A DNA stretch of 64,000 nt from Candidatus Eiseniibacteriota bacterium (GCA_963725865.1 CAVSAC010000010.1:256001-320000), one strand, 5' to 3'. Positions 44,101 through 56,100 are shown, counted from the first letter of the stretch. Numbers and translations are program-made. The notes: generated from the letters alone by a model not told the origin.

Positions 44101-45474
44101 GGGGTCCTCGATCACGAACGTCTTCCCGTTCTGCAGCGACTTCCAGAACCATTTCTCCCAGAACAGATTCAGCCGGTTGCTCAGCTGCGGCGGGGCGTTC
44201 GGGAAGTACTCGTAGTCCCGCTCGTAGTGCACCCGCTGCGGGAACGTCGCGGGCACCGTCGCGCTCCCGGTCACCTGGCCGGAGCGCAGGCCGATGCGCT
44301 GGGGCACACCGCCGACGGGGGTCTCGTCCCCCGTGCCGTCGCCGGCGATCGTGAGGTAGTAATAGTTGGTCGTCTCGTAGGGATGATCGATGAACAGCGT
44401 GTCGGCGTACGTCGAGTCGTACACGCTCGACCAGCCGCTCGGTCCGAGTGCGTAGAAGTAGAAGTACTCGTCGTTGCGGTCGAGCGTGTCGTTGGTCGCC
44501 GCCGGGTTCTCGACGAATCGCAGCGCGACCTCCTGGTAGCCGCACAGGTCGCAGTACTGGTTCTCCGGCATCACCGGGAAGCCGGGCCAGGTGAACAGCC
44601 GCAGGCTGTCGAGCGGTACGTTGGTCCGGCCGTTGAACAGCTTGAGATTGCGCAGCTGCGAGAACTGCACCTTGTAGAACCCGTCGGACTGGATCGCGAT
44701 CTTGATCCACTGGTGCTGGGCGAAGACGGTATCGCCGTGAACGATGCGACCGGCCTTGAGCGCGCTGGCCGGCATTGCCGCGGCGCGGTCCTGCTCCGCG
44801 CGGCGCCACGCCCGCCCCTGTTCCGGATTGACCAGCGCCCCCGCCAGCACGCCGTCGAACGCGGACTCGATGGGCGCTGCGGCGATGTCGCCGCCGACGG
44901 CGGCGCCGGCGCCGTCCACCTCGACGGTGACATCCACCTGGCGCACCGCGGTCAGTCGCCGCGCGGCGGCGTCGTAATCGAGCGGCTGGATGGCGATCCG
45001 CGCCACCCGCTGGTCGCGGAGCCAGCCGATCCCGAGCAGGCGCGCGCGAGCGCCGAGCCGCGGGCCGGCCTGCGCGTACGCGCTGCGCAGGCGCGGCGGG
45101 CTGTCGAACTCGCGCCCCGGCGACGCGAGGGGCATCGGCGCCAGCAGCACCCCCTCGCGCACGACCGGCTCGCCCGCCTGCGCGCGCACGCGCACATCGC
45201 CCGTGGGCGGCACGGCGACCGTGAGCACGCGTTCCGGGAGCCCGGGCTCGGTGGCCGGGCCGACCACGGTGTAGCCGTCCATCGCGATCTCGGTGAGCGA
45301 GGCGTCCCCCGGGTGCGGCGTGAGCGCCGGCGGCGGAACGTCGACCACGAAGTGGATGGTGGTCCCGCCCGACGGCAGCAGCGTCACCGCTTCGGGTCGC
45401 GCCCCTGCCGCGCGGGTCCCTCCCGCCATCACCAGGAACGCCACGGCGAGCGGGACGAGCGGATGGTGGCGCAT
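41179..45474 (-). CDS. porU: Type IX secretion sortase PorU (peptidase C25)
   Basis: WIKIAI..DGFYKV, LYDQFSGG..DPAAIRDFL, LLGDASYD, catalytic FVGHGS and ASCDVGKF, SAADN, FPNP CTD. Confidence 0.88.
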   Translation of the reverse strand: MRHHPLVPLAVAFLVMAGGTRAAGARPEAVTLLPSGGTTIHFVVDVPPPALTPHPGDASLTEIAMDGYTVVGPATEPGLPERVLTVAVPPTGDVRVRAQAGEPVVREGVLLAPMPLASPGREFDSPPRLRSAYAQAGPRLGARARLLGIGWLRDQRVARIAIQPLDYDAAARRLTAVRQVDVTVEVDGAGAAVGGDIAAAPIESAFDGVLAGALVNPEQGRAWRRAEQDRAAAMPASALKAGRIVHGDTVFAQHQWIKIAIQSDGFYKVQFSQLRNLKLFNGRTNVPLDSLRLFTWPGFPVMPENQYCDLCGYQEVALRFVENPAATNDTLDRNDEYFYFYALGPSGWSSVYDSTYADTLFIDHPYETTNYYYLTIAGDGTGDETPVGGVPQRIGLRSGQVTGSATVPATFPQRVHYERDYEYFPNAPPQLSNRLNLFWEKWFWKSLQNGKTFVIEDPTPDAPGADTTQSFRLRARVWGMGASDPCDYGGVPPALHLLDTQFNGIALPRLEWSQLYATRIIDTVMTGLHTRNSLEFTVPQPAGSCFTRFDQITIAWVELYYRRRFEASGEQLAFESEAGGGQWEYHVTGFTSPTVPRVLDVTDPLAPFEITDVTYQASGTPGISTVVFERTEGRQRRYRILPDSLIAPVPSAQIEDAPVAQVAIKDLGSEEQRAQALIIYYDGFKAAADSLAAWRRTRLPVDVPGPFTVVSIPISALYDQFSGGRTDPAAIRDFLRAAYYNWAVRPQFVTLLGDASYDFKDLRGLAGAGRPGTLIPSYENGFDFGLDRQFASDDWMLNVDNAVQVIPDFFGGRIPAEDASTALGYVKKLLSYERTAPFGVYRNRLMLVADDDVKGDSPDFLLWTHLRQTAELDEFATPPHLDRRYVYLHKYLVGPGSTRPGARSDIFKYVDEGVQIFNFVGHGSAFKISDEGVFLYSDPGSLKNDDKPTVFISASCDVGKFNDPELQGLGERLVLSGTGGAVGAISATEEAFSGENATLNRTVFTRIFQRDTLAGSGRYFVGLSDALLTGKLTGTTNSQKYQLMGDAGARLNLPELWVTFSIWDSAGTTPVTDVRRGQVVTYRGEVRESPRSDAPLAPLEGIADVLIEDSQPREQAPDCRDVPGCLDRPFYYYYAGAMFRGDVSVHGGRFEGKFVAPLEARLGGRARMRGYVQGTPLTGGTIDGAGSVFTSVTAGTSSASDAEGPRIALSFAGGSTSVRKDALLQVDLADPSGILTTAHTPQNGIVVTIDDNTTTRTDITSSFRYAADSYQNGNATFQLPDLAPGSHTIRVSAADNLALGLSAGQHRASAVIAFDVVDTPPLSVARTYLFPNPARSGGSGGGGTFVVDAPGDSINVLLRLYTVTGRLIRTLVAPGGLGQVQLPWDGLDADGDALANGVYFYKVYVYARVEDGKSSARQRAIGEGRVVVVGH

Positions 45475-45497
45475 CGCCGAGGACCGCGCGACGGAGC

Positions 45498-45662
45498 TCA
45501 GAAGGACTCCACCCCGTCGACGAAGTCCGGGATGTCGTCGACGATCCGGTAGCGCAGGCGACATTTCGCGCAGGAGAGCGCGGAGGCCGCGGGATCGTAG
45601 TCGAGGTCCCCCTTGCAGGCGGGGCACACGAGGATGCTCAGGAAATCGGGGCTCAGGACCAT
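45498..45662 (-). CDS. Trm112-family small protein (54 aa; absent from the ORF track)
   Basis: MVLSPDFLSILVCPACKGDL...LSCAKCRLRYRIVDDIP; RBS GAGGA. Confidence 0.85.
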   Translation of the reverse strand: MVLSPDFLSILVCPACKGDLDYDPAASALSCAKCRLRYRIVDDIPDFVDGVESF

Positions 45663-45800
45663 GGGATTCCTCGGAGGGCTCGCGCGGCGTGTTCGGCGCC
45701 GGCCGTGATCGGTTGCCCGGCCCGCGTCAGGGTGTCTCGGAAGTAGCTAGATGCGTGGGCGAGTCCCTCTCCGGATGGCGGCCAGCGACGACGCGGAGCG

Positions 45801-45830
45801 AGTCTAGCCAGCGGCTCCGAGTGGGGTCAA
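45801..45830 (-). promoter_or_regulatory. sigma70-type promoter of the Trm112-porU block
   Basis: TTGACC-N18-TAGACT. Confidence 0.55.
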
Positions 45831-46783
45831 GCCTCCCGGAAAACCCCCATGCGCCGGTACTTCATCAGGCGCCGTTCGACCAGCTCCGGCCCTGATACAC
45901 CGGAGAGCCGGTCCAGGTGCCCGACGATCGCGCGTTTCACCTCGGCCGCGGTCGCATCGTGGTCGCGGTGCGCCCCCCCGACCGGCTCGGGGAGAATGCC
46001 GTCCACGATCCCCAGCCGCTCGAGGTCCGCCGCGGTCATGCGCAGCGCCTCGGCCGCCTGGGGGGCCTTCTTGCCGTCGCGCCACAGGATCGAAGCGCAG
46101 CCCTCCGGCGAGATCACCGAGTACACCGAGTTCTCGAGCATCAGGACCACGTCGGCCACCGCGATCGCGAGCGCTCCGCCCGAACCGCCTTCGCCGATCA
46201 CGACCGTCACGATCGGGGTGGCGAGCCGCGCCATCTCGCGCAGGTTGACGGCGATCGCCTCCGCCTGCCCGCGCTCCTCGGCCCCGAGCCCGGGATAGGC
46301 GCCGGGCGTGTCGACCAGCGTCACCACCGGCAGGTGGAAGCGCTCGGCGGTGCGCATCAGCCGCAGGGCCTTGCGATAGCCCTCGGGGTTCGGCATCCCG
46401 AAGCGCCGGTAGAGGTTCTCCTTGGTGTCGCGCCCCTTCTGCTGGCCCACCAGCAGCACCGGTCGCTCGTCGATGCTCGCGAGGCCCGCCACGATCGCCG
46501 GATCGTCCGCGAAGTGGCGGTCGCCGTGCAGCTCGGTGAAGCCGGTGCAGATCCGCTCGATGTAGTCGAGCGTGTAGGGCCGCCGCGGATGGCGGGCGAG
46601 CTGGACGCGCTGGTAGGCACTCAGGTTGGCGTAGATCTCGCGCCGCAGCTCGTCCGCCTTGCGCTCGAGGTCCGCCAGCTCGTCGTCCGCGCGCAGCCCC
46701 TGGCCCTCGGCGTGGGCGCGCAGCTCGGCGATCTTCTGCTCCAGCTCGAGCACCGGCTTCTCGAAGTCGAGCCAGGTCGTCAT
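45827..46783 (-). CDS. accA: Acetyl-CoA carboxylase carboxyltransferase alpha subunit
   Basis: [40 protein letters not shown] overlap with dnaE. Confidence 0.97.
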   Translation of the reverse strand: MTTWLDFEKPVLELEQKIAELRAHAEGQGLRADDELADLERKADELRREIYANLSAYQRVQLARHPRRPYTLDYIERICTGFTELHGDRHFADDPAIVAGLASIDERPVLLVGQQKGRDTKENLYRRFGMPNPEGYRKALRLMRTAERFHLPVVTLVDTPGAYPGLGAEERGQAEAIAVNLREMARLATPIVTVVIGEGGSGGALAIAVADVVLMLENSVYSVISPEGCASILWRDGKKAPQAAEALRMTAADLERLGIVDGILPEPVGGAHRDHDATAAEVKRAIVGHLDRLSGVSGPELVERRLMKYRRMGVFREA

Positions 46784-49700
46784 GCGGCTCCCTTCCCCCA
46801 GCGCGCGCGCAGCCCTGGGCAGCACTCGCGCAGCGTCGTGATGACGGCGTCGTCCTCGGACACGCGATAGCGCCGCGAACGCATTGCCAGCCGCGAGTGA
46901 TCGGGACGCACGATGTGAAGATACACCTCCGACTCGCCGGGATGCGCCGACAATGCGGTGTCGATGTCCTCCAGGCGCCGCTCGTCCAGCTCCTCGGCGC
47001 GCATCTCGATGTGCAGCGCGGACCGATAGGCGATGCTGGCCTCCGCGAGCGGCTTCAGGTCCGCGAGCAGCAGCTTGATGCCGCGGTCCTCGCGCACCTC
47101 GATGCGCCCGCTCGCCACCACCACCTCGTCCACGACCAGCCGCGCGCGCACCTGGTCGTGCACGTCGGGGAACACCGTGCACTCGATGCGCCCGGTCAGG
47201 TCCTCGAGCGTGACGATCGCCATCAGCTTGCCCGACTTGGTCGTGATCGGCTTGAGCTCGGCGATCAGTCCGGCCAGGCGCACTTCGGTCTGATCCTCGA
47301 GCGTCAGCGCCTCGCCGATCGGATGCGTGGCGAGCTTGGCGAGCCGCTCCCGCATGGGCTCCAGCGGATGCTCGCTCAGGTAGAAGCCGAGCGCCTCCTT
47401 CTCGCGCGCGCTGCGCTCGCGGCTGGTCCACGCCGGCACCGACGGCAGCGCGGGTGCCGCGACCGCGACCGAGCCCTCGCCCTCGCCGAACAGCGACGAC
47501 TGGCCGCTCGCGCGCTCGCGCGCCAGCGCCGCCGCCTGCTCGAGCACCCGGCCCGCGACCGCGAACAGCGCCCCGCGTTCCCCGCCGAGCGCGTCGCACG
47601 CCCCGGCCGCGACCAGGCTCTCGAGCACGCGCCGGTTCAGCGTGCGCGCGTCGGTGCGCGAGGCGAGGTCCCACAGGCTCGCGAACGCACCGCCCGCGTC
47701 GCGCGCGGCCAGCATCGCCTCGACCGCCCCCTGCCCGACGTTGCGCACCGCGCCGAGCCCGAAGCGGATCGCGTCGCCCTCGATCGTGAACTTCCAGCCC
47801 GAGCGGTTGAGGTCCGGCGGCAGCACCGCGATGCGCATGCGCCGGCACTCCTCGATCAGCGTGACGATGCGCGTGCTGTCCGCCATCTCGGAGGTGAGCG
47901 TGGCGGCCATGAACTCGGCCGGGTGGTGCGCCTTGAGGTAGGCGCACTGGTACGCGACGAGCGCGTAGGCGGCGGAGTGGCTCTTGTTGAACCCGTAGCC
48001 CGCGAACTTCTCCATCGTCGCGAAGATCTTCTCGGCCTTCGCGGCGGAGATCTTGTGATGGACGCAGCCCTCGACGAACGCCTTCCGCTTCGCCTCCATC
48101 TCGTCGACGAGCTTCTTGCCCATCGCGCGCCGGAGTTCGTCGGCTTGAGCCATGGTGAAGCCGGCGAGGCGGTTCGCCGCGGCCATGACCTGTTCCTGGT
48201 AGACGAACACACCGTAGGTGCCCTGCAGGATAGGCTCGAGCCCGGGGTGCTCATACCGCGCCACCTGCCGACCGTGCTTGCAGTCGATGAAGTACGGGAT
48301 GTTCTCCATCGGACCCGGCCGATAGAGGGCATTCATCGCGATCAGGTCTTCGAGCACCGTCGGTCGCAGGCGCTTGAGGTAGTCCCGCATGCCCGAGGAC
48401 TCGAACTGGAAGATCGCAACGGTATCGGCGTCCTGGAACACCTTGTACGCCGCCGCGTCGTCGACCGGCAGCGTCTCGATGTCGAGCTCGACCCCGTGAT
48501 GCGCCTTCACCAGCTCCACGCATTCTTGCAGCACCGAGAGCGTTCGCAGGCCGAGGAAGTCCATCTTGAGCAATCCGGCCTTCTCGACCGACTTCATGTC
48601 CCACTGCGTCGTGACCGACTCGTCCTTCTGGCGGTAGAGCGGCACGTAGTCGAGCAGCGGCCCGGGCGTGATCAGCACGCCTGCCGCGTGCGTCGAGGCG
48701 TGGCGCGCGAGGCCCTCGAGCGTCTTCGCGCCGCGCAGCAGCCGCTCGAATTCCGGGCCGCGCTGGCCCAGGTTCTTGAGCTCGGGCGACAGCTCGAACG
48801 CGCGGTCGAGCGTCATGCCCAGCCCGTCGGGCACCAGCTTGGCCAGCTCGTTCTGGCTCGCGGGCGGCATGCCGAGCGCGCGCGCCACGTCGCGCACCAC
48901 GCCCTTGGCACCCATGGTGCCGAACGTGATGATCTGCGTGACGCTGGTCTCGCCGTACTTCTGTTTCACGTAGTCGATGACCTCGTGGCGGCGGAGGTCG
49001 TCGAAGTCGATGTCGATGTCCGGCATGGTGACGCGGCCGGGATTGAGGAAGCGCTCGAAGATCAGGTTGTAGCGCAACGGATCGATGTCGGTGATGCGCA
49101 GCGCGTACGCCACCAGCGAGCCGGCGACCGAGCCGCGCCCCGGGCCCACGCCGATGCCGTGCGACTTCGCGAAGTGGATGAAGTCGTGGACGATCAGGAA
49201 GTACGACGCGAAGCCCATCTGGCAGATCACGTCCAGCTCGTACTCGAAGCGCTTGTGCATCTCCTCGGTGACCGCGTGGAAGCCGCCGAAGCGCTCGTGC
49301 AGGCCCGTCCACGCCAGCTCGCGCATCACCTCGTCGGCGGTCTTGCCGGGCGGCAGCGGGAACTCCGGCAGCAGCGGCTTGCCGAACGCCATCTGCAGGT
49401 TGCAGCGCTCGGCGACCGCGAGCGTGTTCTTCAGCGCGTCCGGGAAGTCGGTGAACGCCGCCGCCATCTCGGCCGGATCGCGGAAGTGGAGCTGCGCCAG
49501 CGCGTGCATGCGCTGCGCATCGTGGATCGTCTTGCCGGTCTGGATGCAGAGCAGGATGTCCTGCGCGTCGGTGTCGTCGGCGGACAGGTAGTGGCAGTCG
49601 TTGGTCGCCACGATCGGGATGCCGCTGCGCGCCGACAGCGCGCGCACCTTCTCGCGGATCTTCACCTCGATGTCGAGCCCGTGGTTCTGCACCTCGAGGA

Positions 49701-50211
49701 AGTAGTTCTCGGCGCCGAACATGTCGCGGTACGTCATCGCGGTCTTCAGCGCCGCGTCGTCGCGGTCCTCGAGCAGGTCGGTCGCCACCTCGCCCTGCGG
49801 GCAGGCGGAAAGCGCGAGCAGGCCGTCGGCGTACTGCGCCAGGATCTCGTGGTCGACGCGCGGCTTGTAGTAGAAGCCCTCGAGGTAGGCGAGCGAGGAC
49901 AGCCGCATCAGGTTGCGGAAGCCCGCCTCGTCGCGCGCCAGCAGCACCAGGTGGTGGGCGCTCGGCCTGGAGCGGTCCGTGCGCGAAGTGCGCGAGACGT
50001 ACGCCTCCATGCCGATGATGGGCTTCACGCCAGCCTTGCGCGCCGCGTTGTAGAACTCGATCGCGCCGAACATCGCGCCGTGGTCCGTGAGCGCGAGCGC
50101 GGGCATCTTCAGCTCGGCCGCGCGCGCCACCATCCCGGGGATGGAGCTGGCGCCATCGAGCAGCGAGTAGTCACTGTGGTTGTGGAGATGGACGAAGTCG
50201 GCGTGTCTCAT
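46780..50211 (-). CDS. dnaE: DNA polymerase III alpha subunit
   Basis: [46 protein letters not shown] fold. Confidence 0.98.
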   Translation of the reverse strand: MRHADFVHLHNHSDYSLLDGASSIPGMVARAAELKMPALALTDHGAMFGAIEFYNAARKAGVKPIIGMEAYVSRTSRTDRSRPSAHHLVLLARDEAGFRNLMRLSSLAYLEGFYYKPRVDHEILAQYADGLLALSACPQGEVATDLLEDRDDAALKTAMTYRDMFGAENYFLEVQNHGLDIEVKIREKVRALSARSGIPIVATNDCHYLSADDTDAQDILLCIQTGKTIHDAQRMHALAQLHFRDPAEMAAAFTDFPDALKNTLAVAERCNLQMAFGKPLLPEFPLPPGKTADEVMRELAWTGLHERFGGFHAVTEEMHKRFEYELDVICQMGFASYFLIVHDFIHFAKSHGIGVGPGRGSVAGSLVAYALRITDIDPLRYNLIFERFLNPGRVTMPDIDIDFDDLRRHEVIDYVKQKYGETSVTQIITFGTMGAKGVVRDVARALGMPPASQNELAKLVPDGLGMTLDRAFELSPELKNLGQRGPEFERLLRGAKTLEGLARHASTHAAGVLITPGPLLDYVPLYRQKDESVTTQWDMKSVEKAGLLKMDFLGLRTLSVLQECVELVKAHHGVELDIETLPVDDAAAYKVFQDADTVAIFQFESSGMRDYLKRLRPTVLEDLIAMNALYRPGPMENIPYFIDCKHGRQVARYEHPGLEPILQGTYGVFVYQEQVMAAANRLAGFTMAQADELRRAMGKKLVDEMEAKRKAFVEGCVHHKISAAKAEKIFATMEKFAGYGFNKSHSAAYALVAYQCAYLKAHHPAEFMAATLTSEMADSTRIVTLIEECRRMRIAVLPPDLNRSGWKFTIEGDAIRFGLGAVRNVGQGAVEAMLAARDAGGAFASLWDLASRTDARTLNRRVLESLVAAGACDALGGERGALFAVAGRVLEQAAALARERASGQSSLFGEGEGSVAVAAPALPSVPAWTSRERSAREKEALGFYLSEHPLEPMRERLAKLATHPIGEALTLEDQTEVRLAGLIAELKPITTKSGKLMAIVTLEDLTGRIECTVFPDVHDQVRARLVVDEVVVASGRIEVREDRGIKLLLADLKPLAEASIAYRSALHIEMRAEELDERRLEDIDTALSAHPGESEVYLHIVRPDHSRLAMRSRRYRVSEDDAVITTLRECCPGLRARWGKGAA

Positions 50212-50299
50212 GGCGCGTCCTGCGCAGGAAGCCCGCCGACTCGCGCGCCCGACGGGGTGAACAACACTCAGGGCGTCGCGGGGACCGGCACGTCGCGGG

Positions 50300-52473
50300 T
50301 CAATCTAGCACGAAGCGGCCGCTCGAGCGACGGGTGTTCCCCGCGCGATCGGCGACCACGACCTGGTAGACGTGCGCGCCCTTCGCGGGCGGAGCGAGCG
50401 GCTTCCAGCGCAGCAGTCCGACCTCGGAGTCCCACTCGCTCGGCACGCGCCGGCCGTCCACGGTGAAGTACGAGCCGCGCGCATCGACGCCGCTGCCGCC
50501 GTCCGACGCGCGCGCCTCGAGCGCCCAGCGCGAGTACGGCGTGCGCGCCGCGCGACGCGGGGCCTTGAGCGGCGCGACGATGGGCGGCGTGTCGTCGATG
50601 GCGACCGCGAACGAGCCGAGCCGCCGCGTCGAGGCGACGAGGCTACCGCCTTCACGCTTCGACGAGAGCCACGACCAGCCCGAGCCGTCGTCCTGGTAGA
50701 AGCCGATCCGCTCCGCGCTGTCGGCGGACGGGACCGCGAGGCTCACGCCGAACGGCTTGCGCAGCGGCTCGAGCGTGGGGCCAAACACGAGGCCTCGACC
50801 CACCGGCCGCAACCCCGCCGGGAGCGCCGAGGGCGGACCGCCCAGAATCAGCGCGAAAGGCTCGAACTGGGCCTCGGCCAGTCCGGGCCAGTTCCCTCGG
50901 AACGCCAGCTCGCCGTCGCCGGCGGGCCGCGTCCGGACCACCCAGGCGGAATCCGTCGCCGACCAGTGCACGTCGTGATCGCGTTCCGCCACCGCCCGAA
51001 TCGGGATTCGCGAGGCCGCGCCGACGTCCAGCACCGCCACCCATCGATGTCCGTCGCGCACCGCCCGCCAGCGCCGCGTCTTCAAGTCGGACTCGCTCGT
51101 GCGTGTCCCCGTCGACGAGACCGAGGATCTCACGAGCGACTCGGCCACGACTTCGAACCACACCGCACGCGCGTCCTTCGGAACGTCGGAGCAGCTCACG
51201 CGCAGGTATGGAAACGGCAGCGGATCGTAGTCGAGGCGGACCGTGTTCGATTCGACGGCGCCCGCTGATGCGGGCGCGCGCTCGGCTCCCGCCACGCCCC
51301 GCTCCCCCACCCGCGGCGCCCTCAGCACCAGCGCGCGCTCGGTCACGTGCCCGGCGACGTCCCGCGCGCGGAAGATCGCGGCGCGCGGGGGATCGCCCGG
51401 GCGCACGGTCAGTGTGCCCGCGTCCTGCTCGAGCGGCGCGTCACTCTGGATCACGCGCGGCCGCATCCCGGCCGAGGCCCACGGCGCCAGCGCGCGGCGC
51501 GGCAGGTCGGTCGCGCGGCCACGATCGTAGACGTAGTCGATCTCGGACATGCCGTCCAGCCACGACATGCTGTCGAACACGCACGCGGTGCGCACGCCCT
51601 GCCACTCCACCTCGGTGCTCCACGCCGCCATGTGATCGCCGCTCTCGGCCGGATCGTAGGCGTCGAGCACCGCGCGCACGCGGCCCTGCACCAGCACCGT
51701 GTCGGGACGCGCGCGCAAGCATCGACGCGCCGCGGCGCCGGCGAGCGCTCGACGTACGAGGTGTCGTCGAGCGGCTCCAGCCACACCGCGTCGATGCGCG
51801 GCGGCAGCGTATCGTTCCATGTCAGACCGGCGCGCGGCGGCGCGTACGCCATATCGGCGCGGCGGATCTCGAAGTGGAAGTGCGGGCCGCCGGCACCGCT
51901 GTTGCCGGTCCAGCCGAGCCGCTGGCCGCTCTTCACCGGGATCGCGCCCGCCGCGGGCCACAGGTCCTGCTCGTACTGCCCGGACGACTCCTGCACCGCG
52001 GCGACGTACTTCGCCAGCGGGGCGTCGAACGCGTCGAGATGGCCGTACACCAGCAGGCGTCCGTCGGGAGTCTGCAGGTAGATCGAGCGGCCGTAGCCGA
52101 CGCCCGAGGCGCGCACCCTGACGATCTCGCCGTCCGCGCACGCGTACACCGGCTTGCCGGTGACGCCGCCGGTGGAGAAGTCGAGGCCGGCGTGGAAGTG
52201 GCCGGTCCGGTACTCGCCGAAGTCCCCGGTCACCACCAGCGGCAGATCGAGCGGCGGGCGGTCGAGTGCCGGCCACCAGGCGGGTGCCTCGGTGGGCACC
52301 GCCGCCCGCGCGGCTCCCACCCCCGGTTCCGCCGCCAGCACGGCGGGCGCACGCGCCGCCAGTGCCAGGAGACATAAGTAGAGTAGCGCGCCGGCCGCGC
52401 GAGGCCCGCGCGCGCGGTCCTGCACGGCGGCCGTTGCAGCGCGCACGACCGGAAGTGCCGAAGAGTGGGTCAT
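50300..52473 (-). CDS. M23-family peptidase, frameshifted near 51715
   Basis: GDFGEYRTGHFHAGLDF, YGHL, GPHFHFEIR; the C-terminal part (PDTVLVQG...D.TPP...ADRAGN) continues in another frame. Confidence 0.82.
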
Positions 52474-52544
52474 CGGCCGCACCCTACACCGCAATTGCAA
52501 TGGACGTACACCTCCAACGCGTCGGCTCGCCCAACCCGGATCGA

Positions 52545-52560
52545 TGGCACCGCGCTTGCG
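52545..52560 (+). promoter_or_regulatory. sigma54 -24/-12 promoter
   Basis: TGGCAC-CGCGC-TTGCG about 80 bp upstream of the lipoprotein start. Confidence 0.75.
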
Positions 52561-52637
52561 TGACGAGCGCGCGCATCGGTGACGGTGATCACTCTCTCGT
52601 ATCCCGTCCCGGGACACCGGCGCAAGGAGGCCAGGTC

Positions 52638-53126
52638 GTGAAACACCCTCGTATCCCCGCGGTGATCACTTCGCTCGCGCTGATGGCGCTGCTCGCCGGC
52701 TGTGGCGACAGCTCCTCGCCGACGCAGCCCAACATGTCGTTCGACACCACGCCGCCGCCCGCACCGACCGCGCTCACCATGACGCTGGATGGCCCGACCG
52801 GGACCTACCAGCTGAACTGGGACGCGAGCGCGGCTCCCGACGTGGCGACTTACCAGGTGTACCAGTACTCGCCCGACCCGTCTCGCGAGAGCGCCTATGT
52901 GCTGCTCGGCGAGGCGACGGCAGCCGAGTTCCACCCGGCCACGCCGGACAAGCCGACCACCTGCGTCTTCCGCGTCCAGGCGGTGGACGCGTCCGGCAAT
53001 CACAGCGCGTTCTCCGCGGCGCTCACGGTCCCGATGATGTCCGTCCGTCCGCTCGGCTACGGCGGCGGCGGCGGCGCCTCGCCGGGAGCCGACAAGGACT
53101 ACAAGCGCAAGATGACGGACGAGTAG
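52638..53126 (+). CDS. Lipoprotein with fibronectin type III-like domain
   Basis: GTG start with AAGGAGG; lipobox LLAG|C; DTTPPPAP...LNW...YQVY...FRVQAVDASGN.SAFS. Confidence 0.82.
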   Translation: MKHPRIPAVITSLALMALLAGCGDSSSPTQPNMSFDTTPPPAPTALTMTLDGPTGTYQLNWDASAAPDVATYQVYQYSPDPSRESAYVLLGEATAAEFHPATPDKPTTCVFRVQAVDASGNHSAFSAALTVPMMSVRPLGYGGGGGASPGADKDYKRKMTDE

Positions 53127-53142
53127 CGATCGGTTCACGTGC

Positions 53143-56100
53143 TCAGGGAAGGAGCACGACGCGCGTCTGGACGTGGAGGGAACCACTGGTCAGACGCGCG
53201 AAGTACAGACCGGCCGGGACGAGCGATCCCGCTTCGTCCCGGCCGTCCCATTCCAGGCGTCCCTCCGCCTGCGCGCCGAGCCGGAAGCCCCGCACCCGCC
53301 GCCCCGCCACGTCGTAGAGCGCGAGCCGTGACGGCGCGGCGACCGCTCCGCTCCACGTCAGCCGCACCGGGAGCCCCGACGGGCGTCGACCCACCGCGAG
53401 CGCGAGCGCGCCCGCGCGTGGCGGCGACGGCCCGATCGCGAGCGCACTCGGATGCGCCGCGACCGCGCCGCTGCGCGCGAAGTCGCCGCGCGGAGTCGAC
53501 CACGACGGCGCGGGGTCGCCGCTGCCCGCTCCCATGTCGTAGATGAAGAGCGTGGAGTCCGGACCGGTTCCGGCCGCCACCTCGGTCGCCAGATCCCCGT
53601 CGAGGTCGGCGAGCGTCGGCTGCAGGCCCGCTCCGCCCGGCATCGGGAACCGCGGCAGCGCGCGGGCGCTGTCGTCGAACGCGGCGAGGCCGCTGCCCAG
53701 CATCAGCAGCACGCCGCCGCGCGCGCCGCCGAGGAAGTGGCCCGCCACGGGCGGACCGGTCGGGATCGCGCCCAGCGCGCGCGGCCAGCCGCGCGAGCCG
53801 AGCGGCGCGCCGCTCGAGTCGAATGCCGCGAGCGCCGACGGAGTGGCGAGCGCCACCACGATCTCGGGCCGCTGGTCGCCGTCGAGATCGGCGAGCGCCG
53901 GATCCTGCACCGCGCTGCCCCCGAGCGGGACGCTGAAGTGGGTCGAGCCGTCGGCGCGCAGCGCGCGCAGTGTGCCGCCCGCGGCCGCCAGGATGAGCGG
54001 GGCCGCGCCGGCGTCGAAGCGCGCGATCACGGGCGCCACCGGCACTCCGCCGAGCGCGATCGGGAAGCCCGCCAGCTCGCCGCCGTCGCCCGCCAGGGCG
54101 TGGAGCGTGCCGTCGGCGGCGACCGCGACGATCTCATCTCCCGGTGACTCGTCGAGCGGGGCGAGTGCCACCGGCAGGTCGACCGCCGCGCCGCCAAGCG
54201 CCACCGGAAATCCGGCCTTGAGCACGCCGTCGGCGTCCCACGCCCACACGCTGCCGTCCTGCGCGCCGCACACCACGTCGAGCACGCCGTCGCCGTCGAG
54301 GTCGCCGAGCGCCGGACCGCCCGTGAGCGGCCACAGCACGCCGGGGCCATCGACCGGGAAGCCCGCGAGCGCGTTCCCGTCGCGGTCGAATCCGGCGAGC
54401 CGGCTGCTCGTGAGCCCGGCGTAGATCCGCACGCCGCGCCCGCCGCCCATGTCCGCCGCGGCGAGTAGGCGCGCCGGACGCCCGCCCAGGCTCACCACGC
54501 GAACGGTGTCGCCACGCGCGCCGTCGAGGATCAGCAGCTTCTGATCCTGGGTGGCATAGACCAGCCGCGGCAGGCCGGCAGGCTGCGAGATCACGACCGG
54601 CGGTCCGATCGTGAGCGCGCGCCCACGGATCGCGAGCGAGGTCGCGCGATCGTCGAGCACGCCGCGTGCATCGAGCCGCCCGGTGCCGATCCGCGTGTTC
54701 GCCGGTTGCAGCGCGGCGATGTCGTCGGCGGTGTCCCGCACGCGCAGCAGCGCGCCCCACGCATCGAGCGGTCGGCGGCCGTGATGGAGGCGATCGGCCT
54801 GCGCGAGCGCGAGCGTCCCCGACACCAGCGGCGCCGCGAACGAGGTGCCGGAGAGAGCGCTCCAATACGTGGGCTGGCGAAGTCCGAGACTGTCGCCGCC
54901 CACGTGCGCCACTCCGGTCGACAGCAGTCCCACGCCGGGTGCCGCCACGTCGACGTGCCCGCCCTGGTTGCTGAACGCCGCGACCACGTCCGCGCCGTCG
55001 ACCGCCGCGACCGTGATCACGTCGCCGCGCAGCCCGAGCTCCTGCGGCTGACCGCTGTTGCCCGCCGCCAGTACGATCGCCACGCCCGCGCGCACCGCCG
55101 CGCTCGTCGCGTCGACGAGGCCCGGAGTGCTGACCGTCGCGAACGATGCATTGATCACGCGCGCGCCGGAGCGCGTCGCGTAGCGGATCCCCTGCGCGAC
55201 GAACGACATGTCCACCAGCCCGAGCGGCGCCGCGACGTCCGACCACGCGACCCGCACCGGCAGCAGGCGCACCGTCCACGCCACGCCGGGCAGGCCGATG
55301 TCGTTGTCGCCGATCGCGCCGATCAGGCCGGCCACCGCGGTGCCGTGGCCGGCGAAGTCGTTCGGGTCGGCATCGGCGTCCCGCCAGTCCTCGCCGCTCG
55401 CCACCCCGGTGGCCGCGCCGAGCGCCACGAAGTCGTAGCCCGCGACGTCGTCGACCGCGCCGTTCCCGTCGTCGTCGACGCCCGCCACCCCATCGCGCTC
55501 CGCGGCGTTGACGAACAGATTGCCATGACGTCCCGCGACCACGCCGCCGAGATCCGGGTGGTATGGGAGGACGCCGGTGTCGAGCACCGCCACCACGATC
55601 GACGAGTCCCCGGTCGTCAGGTCCCATGCTTCGGTGGCGTGGATGTCGTGACCCGAGAGCTGCAACAGCCAGCTGCAGTCGTTCATCAGCGAGTCGCGGC
55701 TCACGATCGAGACCGGCACCACCGCGATCGGCGACGCCGACTCCACCTCGGGCAGCGCGGCGAAGCGCGCGAGCGCGTCCGCGAGGTCGAGCCCCGGAGG
55801 CAGCGCGGCGACCCAGTACGCGGTGAGATCGGGCTCGCTCGCCTCCGGGGCGGGCGCTGGCTCGTCGGCGAACTCCGGAGTCAACGCGACGCCGAGCGTC
55901 CGCGCGAGTCCATCCACGGCGACGACGCCGAGTGGGGCGGCGAGTGCGTCGCGCATGGGAGTGCGCGTGCCGAGCGGCACCGCTGCGCGCGCCGCCGCGG
56001 TGCGCAGGCGCAGCTCGATGCGGTCGGAGCGCCAGCCGGGAACGGTGGCCGCGGCACCGGGCACGAAGCGGGGCAGGTCCGCGAGTCCCGCGGCGCGCAC

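Noticed and set aside
46780..50211. Intein or split in dnaE
   Set aside because: 1143 aa with continuous motifs and no insertion.
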